A stretch of 64,000 bases of DNA from Candidatus Omnitrophota bacterium (GTDB lineage Bacteria; Omnitrophota; Gorgyraeia; Gygaellales; Profunditerraquicolaceae), in assembly GCA_028712375.1 (NCBI GenBank), contig JAQTQG010000001.1, positions 110,126 through 174,125 of the forward strand, written 5' to 3'. The notes below the pieces were generated by a model that saw only the letters and a program-made list of their open reading frames with translations, had not been told where the DNA came from and searched no databases. Positions 1 to 8,403 of this stretch are shown here, in pieces. The position numbers and the translations under genes are program-made. Each line of letters opens with the position of its first letter. Position 1 is the stretch's first letter.

Positions 1-171
1 GAAGAGTATGAAAGCTGGCTTAAAGCATGTGCAATCCTGAGTAAGGACTACACCGTTATATCTGAAAAAAAATGGGGAGCGGATCCGGATTATAAATTAA
101 AGAAAAGATTCTTTAAAAAGAATTTTTTGCCTTATCGTATTATTGCGCAACTTTATGAACGCAAACTTTAA
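1..171 (+). CDS. 3' end of an upstream gene (C-terminal 56 aa, product unknown); stop TAA at 169-171
   Basis: Frame +1 is open from the window edge to TAA at 169-171. The next gene has an RBS (GGAGG) right after it. No recognisable family for the fragment. Confidence 0.3.
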   Translation, partial: EEYESWLKACAILSKDYTVISEKKWGADPDYKLKKRFFKKNFLPYRIIAQLYERKL

Positions 172-210
172 ATGGGTTCAGTAGTTTAAATTTAATATTC
201 GGAGGTTTTA

Positions 211-1314
211 ATGGGGATTAGTTTTTTCAATACCGATATTTCGCCGGAGGCAGTCAAAAGGGCTTCCCGGACGCTTAAGTCCACCTGGGTTAGCGAAGGT
301 AAGTTGGTTAAGCAGTTTGAAGCAGAATTAGCTGGGCGGTTAGGGCTAAAGAATCCGGTCGCTTTAAACAGCTGTACATCAGCATTGCATCTTGCTTTGG
401 CGGTTTCCGGAGTTGGCCCGGGCGATGAAGTGATTATTCCTGCCCAGACTTTTATTGCTACAGGTTTAGCAGTGTTAATGCAATCGGCAAAACCCGTATT
501 TGCTGACATACAGATTGATACCGGCAATATCGACCCGGAATCAGTCCGTAAAAAAATTACTGGCAAGACTAAAGCGATTATGCCTGTTCATTGGGGAGGT
601 TATCCTTGCGACCTGGATGAAATTAACGCGCTGGCTAAGCAATTTAAGTTGTCTGTTATTGAAGATGCTGCTCATGCATTAGGGGCGGTATATAAAAATA
701 AACCTATCGGGGCAGTATCCAGGTTTACCGCATTTTCTTTCCAGGCGATAAAGCATTTGACTACTGCCGATGGCGGAGCGTTGTGCTGTATGTCGGCTGT
801 TGATCTTAAGAAAGCAATGGCCCGGCGCTGGTTTGGAATAGATAGAAAAAACAGTAAACTTTCAATATTAGGAGAACGCCAGTATAATGTGCAGGAAGTA
901 GGCTATAAATATCATATGAATGATTTAAGTGCTGCTATTGGTTTGGGTAATTTGGTTGATTTTAAGGCGAACCTAAAACGGCGGCAAAAAATAGCTGAAT
1001 TTTATAGAAAAAAACTGGGTAATATTCCAGGACTTAAACTACTTAATTGCGCTAATGATCGTAAGAGCGCCTGTTGGTTATTTACACTTTTAGTAGAGGA
1101 TCGCTTAAATTTTATTAAAAAGTTGAGGGAGCATGGCATACCGGCATCGGTAGTGCACCAGAGAATAGATAAAAATGATGTTTTCGGGGGGATTTCTCCA
1201 GATCTAGTAAATCAAGCAGTCTTTAATGAGCACCAGATTTCTATTCCTTTGCATAATAAGCTAACTGATGGCCAGGTAAATAAAATAGTAAAGGTGATTA
1301 ATCAAGGATGGTAA
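211..1314 (+). CDS. DegT/DnrJ/EryC1/StrS family PLP-dependent sugar aminotransferase
   Basis: 367 aa. Motifs typical of sugar-nucleotide 4- or 3-aminotransferases (SCTSALHLAL, DEVIIPAQTF, SFQAIKHLTTADGGAL with the PLP lysine retained). GGAGG RBS 6 nt upstream. Confidence 0.85.
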   Translation: MGISFFNTDISPEAVKRASRTLKSTWVSEGKLVKQFEAELAGRLGLKNPVALNSCTSALHLALAVSGVGPGDEVIIPAQTFIATGLAVLMQSAKPVFADIQIDTGNIDPESVRKKITGKTKAIMPVHWGGYPCDLDEINALAKQFKLSVIEDAAHALGAVYKNKPIGAVSRFTAFSFQAIKHLTTADGGALCCMSAVDLKKAMARRWFGIDRKNSKLSILGERQYNVQEVGYKYHMNDLSAAIGLGNLVDFKANLKRRQKIAEFYRKKLGNIPGLKLLNCANDRKSACWLFTLLVEDRLNFIKKLREHGIPASVVHQRIDKNDVFGGISPDLVNQAVFNEHQISIPLHNKLTDGQVNKIVKVINQGW

Positions 1315-2222
1315 TTGATAATAAAATGATTCTTGAGCAATTCAAGCTGCGGCCGGCTAATGCGTTAGATGCTGCACAGTTTGTGGAAATTATGAATAGC
1401 CAGTATGCGCGTAAAAAAAACCAGGAATATTTTTATTGGCAGTATATTAATCCGCCTGAACCTACGGTTTTAATGTGTGCTTTCCAGGGTGATCAAATGT
1501 GCGGTATGTTTGGGTTAAAGAAAAGAAAATTGAATAATGGGGTGGTTATTGGCCAGGCGATCGACATGTTAATTGCCCCGGCCTGGAGGAAGAAAGGCCT
1601 TTTTCCCGAGCTTGCCAGGCAGGCGGTCCAATATTTTGGTAAGGAATTTGATGTTTTATCTGTTTTAGCTAATGCTGCAGGTAATCATGCTGTAGTAAGG
1701 TCGCTTGGCTGGCGTAATGCCGGCATAATAAAAACCTTTTTCTTAAAGAATCCGCAGAGCGTTACCTGCCGGCCGGATGGGACTGATGCGGGGGATTGTG
1801 CTGGTAAAGTTAGATTTCAAAAAGACCAAGATTACCGGAATTGGCGTTTTGACAAAAATCCCTGTTATTCTTATAAGGCGGTTTCTGTTGAAAATGCCAC
1901 TGCCTGGGTTAAAGTCTTTATCGATCCGCTGACAAACTTAAGGTATGGGGATATAGTGGATTTTGATATACCTTGCCTGGAGGCAATGAACTTTCGTAAT
2001 CTTTTTTATGCTGCCTGTGAATATTTGAAACTGCAGAAAGTTGAAGCGATTACGGTATGGGCATTGCCGGGTGGTTTATTAAGGAATATCGCAGAGTCTT
2101 TTGGCTTCCAAGAAACATCTCAAGAGCGCTATTTTTGTTTAAAAATTATTAGTCCGAAATGCGCATATCTTGATAAATTTATTAACTGGGATCTGTCAGA
2201 GGCGGATTCAGAGATATATTGA
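1308..2222 (+). CDS. GNAT-like N-acetyltransferase with a C-terminal extension (likely amino-sugar N-acyltransferase)
   Basis: 304 aa. GNAT motif A-like segment (IAPAWRKKGLFPELARQA). Overlaps the stop of the upstream aminotransferase by 7 nt. Aminotransferase plus acyltransferase pairing is typical for N-acyl amino sugars. Confidence 0.4.
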   Translation: MVIDNKMILEQFKLRPANALDAAQFVEIMNSQYARKKNQEYFYWQYINPPEPTVLMCAFQGDQMCGMFGLKKRKLNNGVVIGQAIDMLIAPAWRKKGLFPELARQAVQYFGKEFDVLSVLANAAGNHAVVRSLGWRNAGIIKTFFLKNPQSVTCRPDGTDAGDCAGKVRFQKDQDYRNWRFDKNPCYSYKAVSVENATAWVKVFIDPLTNLRYGDIVDFDIPCLEAMNFRNLFYAACEYLKLQKVEAITVWALPGGLLRNIAESFGFQETSQERYFCLKIISPKCAYLDKFINWDLSEADSEIY

Positions 2223-2244
2223 TGCTCATCCCTAAAGAGGGGGT

Positions 2245-3183
2245 ATGGTTATGAAGATTTTAGTTTTAGGCGGCCACGGTTTTGTGGGTAAAAATGTAGT
2301 AGATGTTTTAAAAAACTCTCAGCATGAGGTAATCCCTTTATCCTTGAGAGACGGTTTAGATTTAACTAATCTAGATTCTGCAAAAGAACATTTAGCTAAA
2401 ATAGGGCCGGAGATTATCATTAATTGCGCGGCTAAAGTTGGCAGCCTTAATTTAGTAACTCAGCAGGCTGCCGAGATTGTTGATTATAATATGAGGATTA
2501 TTCTGAATATTTATAAAGCGGCTCAGGAATGCATCCCGGCAGCTCATATTGTTAACCCGATTGCCAATTGTGTTTTTCCTGGGCATCTGGATAATTATGC
2601 TGAAGACAGAGTCTGGGATGGAGAGGTTCACCGTTCTGTTCTTTCATACGGGAGTACCCGCCGGATGATTTTAGTGTTAAGCGACTGTTATTTTATGCAG
2701 TATGGTTTGCGTTCGATAAATTTCTTTGTTCCGAATATGTATGGGCCGTTTGATTCGACTGACCCTAATAAGGCGCATGCGCTTAATGCCTTAATCAGTA
2801 AGATTGTAAAAGCAAAAGCTAAAGGCAGCGATGAATTTGAAGTTTGGGGGCGGGGTATTGCGATTAGAGAATGGCTTTTTGCCAAAGATTTTGCCAGGGT
2901 GTTGCTCGATACTCTCGAAAGGCTCAAAGGAAATGAGTTTACGGAACCGATCAATGTAGCGCAGAATTTTGGTTTAAGTGTGCGGGAACTGGTTGATCTG
3001 ATTATTTCTGAAATGAAATTTGATTGTAAGATTAAATGGAACAGTAAAATGCCGGATGGGGCGCCGGTAAAAGTTATGAATGATGAACGTTTTAAAAAAA
3101 TATATCCAAAGTTTGAGTTTACCGATTTAAAAAGCGGAATTGCCCAGACAATAAAATATTATGAATCAGTCTACCCATATTAA
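2245..3183 (+). CDS. NAD-dependent epimerase/dehydratase family protein, GDP-L-fucose synthase-like paralog
   Basis: 312 aa. N-terminal Rossmann motif (VLGGHGFVGKNV). Overall colinear with the Fcl family (CAAKVGS, YGP.D, VWG.G..RE). The usual YxxxK appears as YGSTR. The alternative start at 2251 (MKILVLGG) is better spaced from the AGAGGGGG RBS. Confidence 0.55.
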   Translation: MVMKILVLGGHGFVGKNVVDVLKNSQHEVIPLSLRDGLDLTNLDSAKEHLAKIGPEIIINCAAKVGSLNLVTQQAAEIVDYNMRIILNIYKAAQECIPAAHIVNPIANCVFPGHLDNYAEDRVWDGEVHRSVLSYGSTRRMILVLSDCYFMQYGLRSINFFVPNMYGPFDSTDPNKAHALNALISKIVKAKAKGSDEFEVWGRGIAIREWLFAKDFARVLLDTLERLKGNEFTEPINVAQNFGLSVRELVDLIISEMKFDCKIKWNSKMPDGAPVKVMNDERFKKIYPKFEFTDLKSGIAQTIKYYESVYPY

Positions 3184-3961
3184 TAGTAATCCGGATAATT
3201 CAAGGCCATATTCTTTTTCTTTGATCATGCCTGTTTATTATGAGGGCCCGCGGGTTATCCCGGTAATTATGACGCTCATTTATACAGTTAAGTACCCTTT
3301 TGAGCTCATTTTGGTTTATGATAAGGCGGATGATCCGACAATTGCAGTAGCAAAACAGATTGCCAAAAGGTATACCGGGATTAAGTTAGTCTGCAATAAT
3401 AATCCACCCGGAGTGGTTAGCGCGATCAAGACCGGAATAGAGCATAGCGATAGCGATAATATTGCTGTTTGGTGCGCTTATCATGTGGATCCCTACGGGA
3501 TGTTGAATAAAATGTATGAACTTATTTTAAGCGGTTGCGATGTGGTTTCGGCTAATAGGTTTATGAAAGTTAAAAGATATAACCGGGGAGGATTAATTAA
3601 GAAAATATTATCGCGGGGAGGGAACTTTATTTTATGGAAATTGGTCGGTAGCCCATTTGGCGACACGACGACTTCCATAAAGATGTACCGGAAAAGTTTT
3701 CTTTTAAAATATCCTATTGAAACGGAAAGGGCCGGAGGCTGGGCGCTGAGCTTGGAATTGGCGATTAAGGCTTCCATGTATGGCTATAAGCTGGGAGAAT
3801 TAGTACTTACACCTTTAAATATTAATCTTATTCAGGGATTATCAAATTTCAAAGTTTTTAAATTTCTCCCACATTATTTTAAGTGGGTTCTCTTCGGGTT
3901 GCGCAACCGCAGGAAGATTTCGGAAAATAAGTTGTTTAAGAGGATGGAAATTTTAGATTAA
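3161..3961 (+). CDS. Glycosyltransferase family 2 (soluble, DPM1/GtrB-like catalytic domain)
   Basis: 266 aa. GT2 N-terminal signature (FSLIMPVYYEG) and DxD-like region (SDSDNIAV). Confidence 0.55.
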   Translation: MNQSTHINSNPDNSRPYSFSLIMPVYYEGPRVIPVIMTLIYTVKYPFELILVYDKADDPTIAVAKQIAKRYTGIKLVCNNNPPGVVSAIKTGIEHSDSDNIAVWCAYHVDPYGMLNKMYELILSGCDVVSANRFMKVKRYNRGGLIKKILSRGGNFILWKLVGSPFGDTTTSIKMYRKSFLLKYPIETERAGGWALSLELAIKASMYGYKLGELVLTPLNINLIQGLSNFKVFKFLPHYFKWVLFGLRNRRKISENKLFKRMEILD

Positions 3962-3992
3962 TCAGGGTTTAATCTTTAAAAGGATCTTTGTT

Positions 3993-5597
3993 TTGAGAAA
4001 TAAAAATTTTTATTTAGTCATAGGCTTAATTTTTGTTTTAGGGGTTATTTTGCGGGTTGTATTTTCTCCTCCGATAAATTTCGAAACAGATTCGTTTTCC
4101 GTGCTTTTATCGGCAAAAAATATTGCAGAAGCCGGCAGGTACCTGATTCCGCCGGTCAGGTTAACGGATGGCAGCGGATATCAACCTTTTCCCGGTTGGG
4201 CGGTGGGGTGTCCGTTAACTCTGGCGGTATTTTTTAAATTATTGGGATATTCTGAGGCACTCGCCAGGCTTCTGACAATTTTGGCGGCTTCAGCTGTAAT
4301 TCCGATTATTGGATTATTGGGAAACAGGCTTTATGGGGAAAAATCAGGTATTATCGCCGCAATCTTTGTAGCATTGAATCCATTTTTAATATGCATTAAC
4401 AGCAGAATTCTTACCATAAACTTCAGTTTTTGTTTCTTTACTATTAGTATTGCGCTGCTTTTGTTATCCGCTTTAAGTTCAGATAAAACTGAGTTTATAA
4501 GCGCGCAGGTGATTTTTAGTTCAGTAAAGAGGTGGGTATTACTGTTGGTTTCATTTCTATTTTTAGGTTTTACGTTGGGAACAAGGGATGATTATGCGAT
4601 GTTTGTATTTGTTTTTATTATTATTTTGGCGGCTATAGTGAAAGCCAGCTATAAGCAGGCAGCAGAAAACAGGAGAATCAGCCTTCTAAAATTATTTTTA
4701 TTGGCAGCGGCATTAACTTTTATCGGATATTTACCTAATATTTATTTTAACTTTGTTAATTATGGCCGGTTTATTACTTCATCTCACTACGAATACGGCG
4801 GAAGGTTAAGCCTGGAATATTTCTTGCACGGCCCGCACACCGGACTCGGGCTGCCAGGCTGGATTGTTATGTTGTTGGCTGTTTTTATTTATGTTTTTCC
4901 TATTATGGGCATATTTTTACTTAATTTTAAAAGTAAAGCCAATCTATTGTTGGTTGCCATGATTTTTTTAATTATCCTGCCTGTTATTTTGATCGCAGGT
5001 GCGTATTTCACGGCTTCCAGCGGCGGGGCTCCCCGGTATATCCTTCCGGTTATTCCATTTGTGCTGCTTTCTGCCGGAGCGGTTTTTGCTACAGGCGGTG
5101 GCCCGGTTCGGTATTTTCTAAAAAGTATTTTTTTAACCTGCTTAATCTTCTGGAATGTTATTTTGTTTTATCCTCCAGTTGTGCTTTTTAAGGCTTACCC
5201 AAAAATTGCATATTTAACCCAATATTCGCCATGGTATAACCTGAATAACTTTTTAAACTATCCGCATCCAGTTAAAACTATGCTAGCCTGGGTAAAGAGC
5301 AATACTGCCGCTGATGCGGTGATCTTAAGTGATTATGACAGTTATCATTATTTTTTCTACGCTCAGCGCGATATTGCCAGCCGGGATAATCTTATGGAGG
5401 TAAAAAAGATTTTAACCTCCAGGCCGGTATTTTTTATTGAAGACCATCAGACCTTAAAAGATCCGGTGTCATTTTCCGCCTGGGCGCAAGAGCTGAGTAA
5501 ATATTCAATATCCATGGAGCAGAGATACAGTTTGCCGTTATTCAGTCCGCTTAAGGGGCAGGTGCAGTTAAAAATTTATGAATTAATAAATAAGTAG
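3993..5597 (+). CDS. GT-C fold polytopic membrane glycosyltransferase (ArnT/PMT-like, GT39/GT83-like)
   Basis: 534 aa, more than 10 predicted TM helices. Acidic residues in the first extracytoplasmic loop (FETDSF). Large C-terminal soluble domain. Sits immediately upstream of an ArnC-like GT2. TTG start with AAGGAT RBS. Confidence 0.5.
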   Translation: MRNKNFYLVIGLIFVLGVILRVVFSPPINFETDSFSVLLSAKNIAEAGRYLIPPVRLTDGSGYQPFPGWAVGCPLTLAVFFKLLGYSEALARLLTILAASAVIPIIGLLGNRLYGEKSGIIAAIFVALNPFLICINSRILTINFSFCFFTISIALLLLSALSSDKTEFISAQVIFSSVKRWVLLLVSFLFLGFTLGTRDDYAMFVFVFIIILAAIVKASYKQAAENRRISLLKLFLLAAALTFIGYLPNIYFNFVNYGRFITSSHYEYGGRLSLEYFLHGPHTGLGLPGWIVMLLAVFIYVFPIMGIFLLNFKSKANLLLVAMIFLIILPVILIAGAYFTASSGGAPRYILPVIPFVLLSAGAVFATGGGPVRYFLKSIFLTCLIFWNVILFYPPVVLFKAYPKIAYLTQYSPWYNLNNFLNYPHPVKTMLAWVKSNTAADAVILSDYDSYHYFFYAQRDIASRDNLMEVKKILTSRPVFFIEDHQTLKDPVSFSAWAQELSKYSISMEQRYSLPLFSPLKGQVQLKIYELINK

Positions 5598-5641
5598 AAT
5601 TTTGTTTAAGCGCTGTTTGTCAGGAAGGAGCCTATGGTATT

Positions 5642-6601
5642 ATGAGAAAAATTAAAAAACTATCTGTAGTTATTCCCTGTCATAATGAGCAGGAAGTTTT
5701 AGCGGCCACCTGCAGCAGATTAAGCAGTGTACTTGACCAATTGTGTGCGTCAGGCAAAATATCGGATTATGAATTGATTTTTGTGGACAATGGGTCTACC
5801 GATAATACTCTTGATGCGCTGAAAAAGATCCTGGAGGGGAATAAAAAACTCAAAATCGTTTCTTTGAGGCGTAATTTTGGTTATCAGGGGTCAATTTCCG
5901 CAGGCCTAAATTATGCTGATGGCGATGCCGCAGTGACTATTGATGCGGATTTGCAGGATCCTCCCGAGAAGATTGGAGAGATGGTGGATTTTTTTGAGCA
6001 AGGCTATGATTTGGTGCTGGGGATCCGGCAGGACCGTTTAAGCGATTCTTTTTTAAAGAGATTCTTCTCAGAGGGCTATTATAAGTTTCTGAAGTTAATC
6101 GGAGCCGAAGTGGTTTATAATCACGGAGATTTTCGCCTAATGTCTAAATCATTAGTCCAGGAGTTTAATATGCTGCAGGAGCGAAACCGGTTTATCCGGG
6201 CAATGGTTCTGCAGTTGGAGTCGCGTTACGCCAAAGTTTTTTATAGCCGCCTTCCCCGTACAGCGGGAAAATCAAAATTTAATATCAATTCTTTATTTTC
6301 CTTAGGTTTAGACGGGGTATTGTCGTTTAGTTATGTTCCTTTACGGCTGGCTTCTTTAGTGGGGATAATCTTATGTTTCTTTTCAATGCTGGGAGCGGGC
6401 TGGGTATTTTATATTAAAATTAAAACTAGCGTAATGCCCGGATGGGCGTCTACGCTTTTGCCTATTTTGGGTTTAGGAGGTTTTCAGCTGCTTATGCTGG
6501 GCTTAATCGGGGAATATATCGGCCGGCTTTATCTGGAAGTCAAAGCCAGGCCGCTGTTTATTATAAGAGAAATTTATACGAGCGGGAATAATGATAAATA
6601 A
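5642..6601 (+). CDS. GT2 polyprenyl-phosphate sugar synthase (ArnC/GtrB/DPM synthase-like), with C-terminal TM helices
   Basis: 319 aa. Motifs LSVVIPCHNE, FVDNGSTDNT, DADLQDPPE and C-terminal hydrophobic helices are hallmarks of the ArnC/GtrB family. GGAAGGAG RBS upstream. Confidence 0.75.
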   Translation: MRKIKKLSVVIPCHNEQEVLAATCSRLSSVLDQLCASGKISDYELIFVDNGSTDNTLDALKKILEGNKKLKIVSLRRNFGYQGSISAGLNYADGDAAVTIDADLQDPPEKIGEMVDFFEQGYDLVLGIRQDRLSDSFLKRFFSEGYYKFLKLIGAEVVYNHGDFRLMSKSLVQEFNMLQERNRFIRAMVLQLESRYAKVFYSRLPRTAGKSKFNINSLFSLGLDGVLSFSYVPLRLASLVGIILCFFSMLGAGWVFYIKIKTSVMPGWASTLLPILGLGGFQLLMLGLIGEYIGRLYLEVKARPLFIIREIYTSGNNDK

Positions 6602-7580
6602 AATTAAAAACGGGATAAAAGGTAAGAGGATTTTGGTAACCGGAGTTAATGGTTTTATCGGTTCTTATTTGAGCCGCCGGCTTTTACAGGAAGGCGCAAT
6701 CCTTCATGGATTGGCGATGAAAGGCACCAGCCTTGCCAGGATAAAAGAGTTATCCAGAAATATTACCGTGCATTATGGAGATTTAAGTGATTATAAAACG
6801 GTGTGTTCTTGTGTTAAGAAGGTTAAGCCGCAGATAATATATCATTTAGCTGCTTTGAGGGTTGTTGCGCGCGATTTAAAATTAGTTGACTCCATGATTA
6901 AGACAAATATTTTTGGAACGCTTAATATGCTTAAAGCAGTGGCTGATGAAAAAATTAAACTGGAAAGGTTTGTGAATACCGGTACCTGCGAAGAATATGG
7001 TGATGGGCCGGCTCCTTTTAAAGAAAGCCAGCGGGAAGTCCCTGTTTCGCCTTATTCTGCCAGCAAGGTGAGTGTGACTTATTTCTGCCAGATGTTTTAT
7101 AAAACCAATAATTTACCAATCGTAACCTTAAGGCCTTTTCTTACCTACGGCGCCGGCCAGGATCTAGATTTATTTATTCCTTCCTTGATTCATAGTTGTC
7201 TAAAGGGAAAAGATTTTTTTATGACCTCTGGCGACCAGACCAGGGAGTTTAATTATATTGATGATACGGTTGAGGGTTTTCTTCTGGCAGGGTCTGCACC
7301 AAAGGCTGTGGGGGAAATTATTAATATCGGCAATGGCCGGGAATATAAAATCAGAGATGTGGCGGTAAAGATTGTCCGTATGATGGGGAATCCGATTAAG
7401 CTGCATTTTAACGCGATGCCTAAACGTCCCGGGGAAGCAGCGCATTTTTTTTGTGATAACAAAAAAGCAAAACAGATCTTGGGATGGCGACCAAGGGTAG
7501 GTTTGGATCAGGGTTTAGAAAAAACTATCGCTTGGTTTAGGGCTCATCCGGATTTTTATTCAGGATGTTTACCAAAATAG
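6591..7580 (+). CDS. SDR-family GDP-sugar 4,6-dehydratase/reductase (Gmd/Rmd-like)
   Basis: 329 aa. ILVTGVNGFIGSYL, LHG and VHYGDLSD closely parallel Gmd (ITGxTGQDGSYL, HG, HYGDLSD). YSASK catalytic dyad present. Confidence 0.5.
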   Translation: MINKIKNGIKGKRILVTGVNGFIGSYLSRRLLQEGAILHGLAMKGTSLARIKELSRNITVHYGDLSDYKTVCSCVKKVKPQIIYHLAALRVVARDLKLVDSMIKTNIFGTLNMLKAVADEKIKLERFVNTGTCEEYGDGPAPFKESQREVPVSPYSASKVSVTYFCQMFYKTNNLPIVTLRPFLTYGAGQDLDLFIPSLIHSCLKGKDFFMTSGDQTREFNYIDDTVEGFLLAGSAPKAVGEIINIGNGREYKIRDVAVKIVRMMGNPIKLHFNAMPKRPGEAAHFFCDNKKAKQILGWRPRVGLDQGLEKTIAWFRAHPDFYSGCLPK

Positions 7581-7587
7581 GATAAAA

Positions 7588-8397
7588 ATGAATAATAGGG
7601 AAAGGTTTAAGTTCGGGAAGAACTGGAAACATTTTTTATCAGTACTTAATAACGGCAGAATTAATGAAGCGCAGCTTTCATTGCAGGAAATGCTGCAGGT
7701 TGAGAATTTACAGGATAAAACTTTTTTAGATATCGGTTCAGGCAGCGGGTTATTTTCTCTATGCGCCGCCCGGCTGGGGGCGCTAAAAGTCCATTCATTT
7801 GATTTTGACCAGCAAAGCGTCGCTTGTACCGCGGAATTAAAAAGAAGGTATTTTGATAATTCTCAAAACTGGATAGTGGAAAGCGGGTCTGTTCTAGATG
7901 CCGGCTATTTATCAAAACTCGGCCAATGGGATGTTGTTTATTCCTGGGGAGTTTTACATCATACCGGGGCAATGTGGCAAGCGTTAGAAAATACCGCTAT
8001 GCTGGTTAGAAAAGGCGGAAAGTTATATATCGCGATATATAATAAACAGAAATTTATGACTCCGGTTTGGACGAAGATTAAAAAGGCATACGTAAAGAGC
8101 AATGTGTTGTTTAGGTTCTTGATACTGGTTTTTTTTATTTTTTATTTTATTCTACGGGGACTGCTTATGGATTTAGCAACCCTGCGTAACCCCCTGAAAC
8201 GTTATACGCAATACGCCAGGCAGCGCGGAATGCATATGTTTTACGATTGGATTGACTGGATAGGAGGGTATCCTTTTGAGGCTGTCAAGCCGGAAGAAAT
8301 TTTTGATTTTTTCCGTAAAAGAGGTTTTATTTTAGATAAACTTAAGACGCAGTTTGGCAGTTCCGGATGCAATGAATTCGTTTTTCATAAGGGATAA
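7588..8397 (+). CDS. Class I SAM-dependent methyltransferase with a C-terminal hydrophobic segment
   Basis: 269 aa. SAM-binding motif I (FLDIGSGSGLFS). TM-like stretch (FLILVFFIFYFIL). Confidence 0.6.
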   Translation: MNNRERFKFGKNWKHFLSVLNNGRINEAQLSLQEMLQVENLQDKTFLDIGSGSGLFSLCAARLGALKVHSFDFDQQSVACTAELKRRYFDNSQNWIVESGSVLDAGYLSKLGQWDVVYSWGVLHHTGAMWQALENTAMLVRKGGKLYIAIYNKQKFMTPVWTKIKKAYVKSNVLFRFLILVFFIFYFILRGLLMDLATLRNPLKRYTQYARQRGMHMFYDWIDWIGGYPFEAVKPEEIFDFFRKRGFILDKLKTQFGSSGCNEFVFHKG

Positions 8398-8403
8398 ATC
8401 TAA

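Noticed and set aside
192-566. 124-aa minus-strand ORF overlapping the first aminotransferase gene (and similar minus-strand ORFs throughout, e.g. 2688-2954, 7200-7462, 10805-11393, 24892-25278)
   Set aside because: All lie antisense inside + strand genes that have strong family signatures. They are low-complexity (Ser/Pro/Leu-rich), with no RBS or homology signal. These are typical shadow ORFs.
500-682. 60-aa + strand ORF inside the aminotransferase gene in another frame
   Set aside because: Alternative-frame ORF within a well-supported CDS. No independent support.
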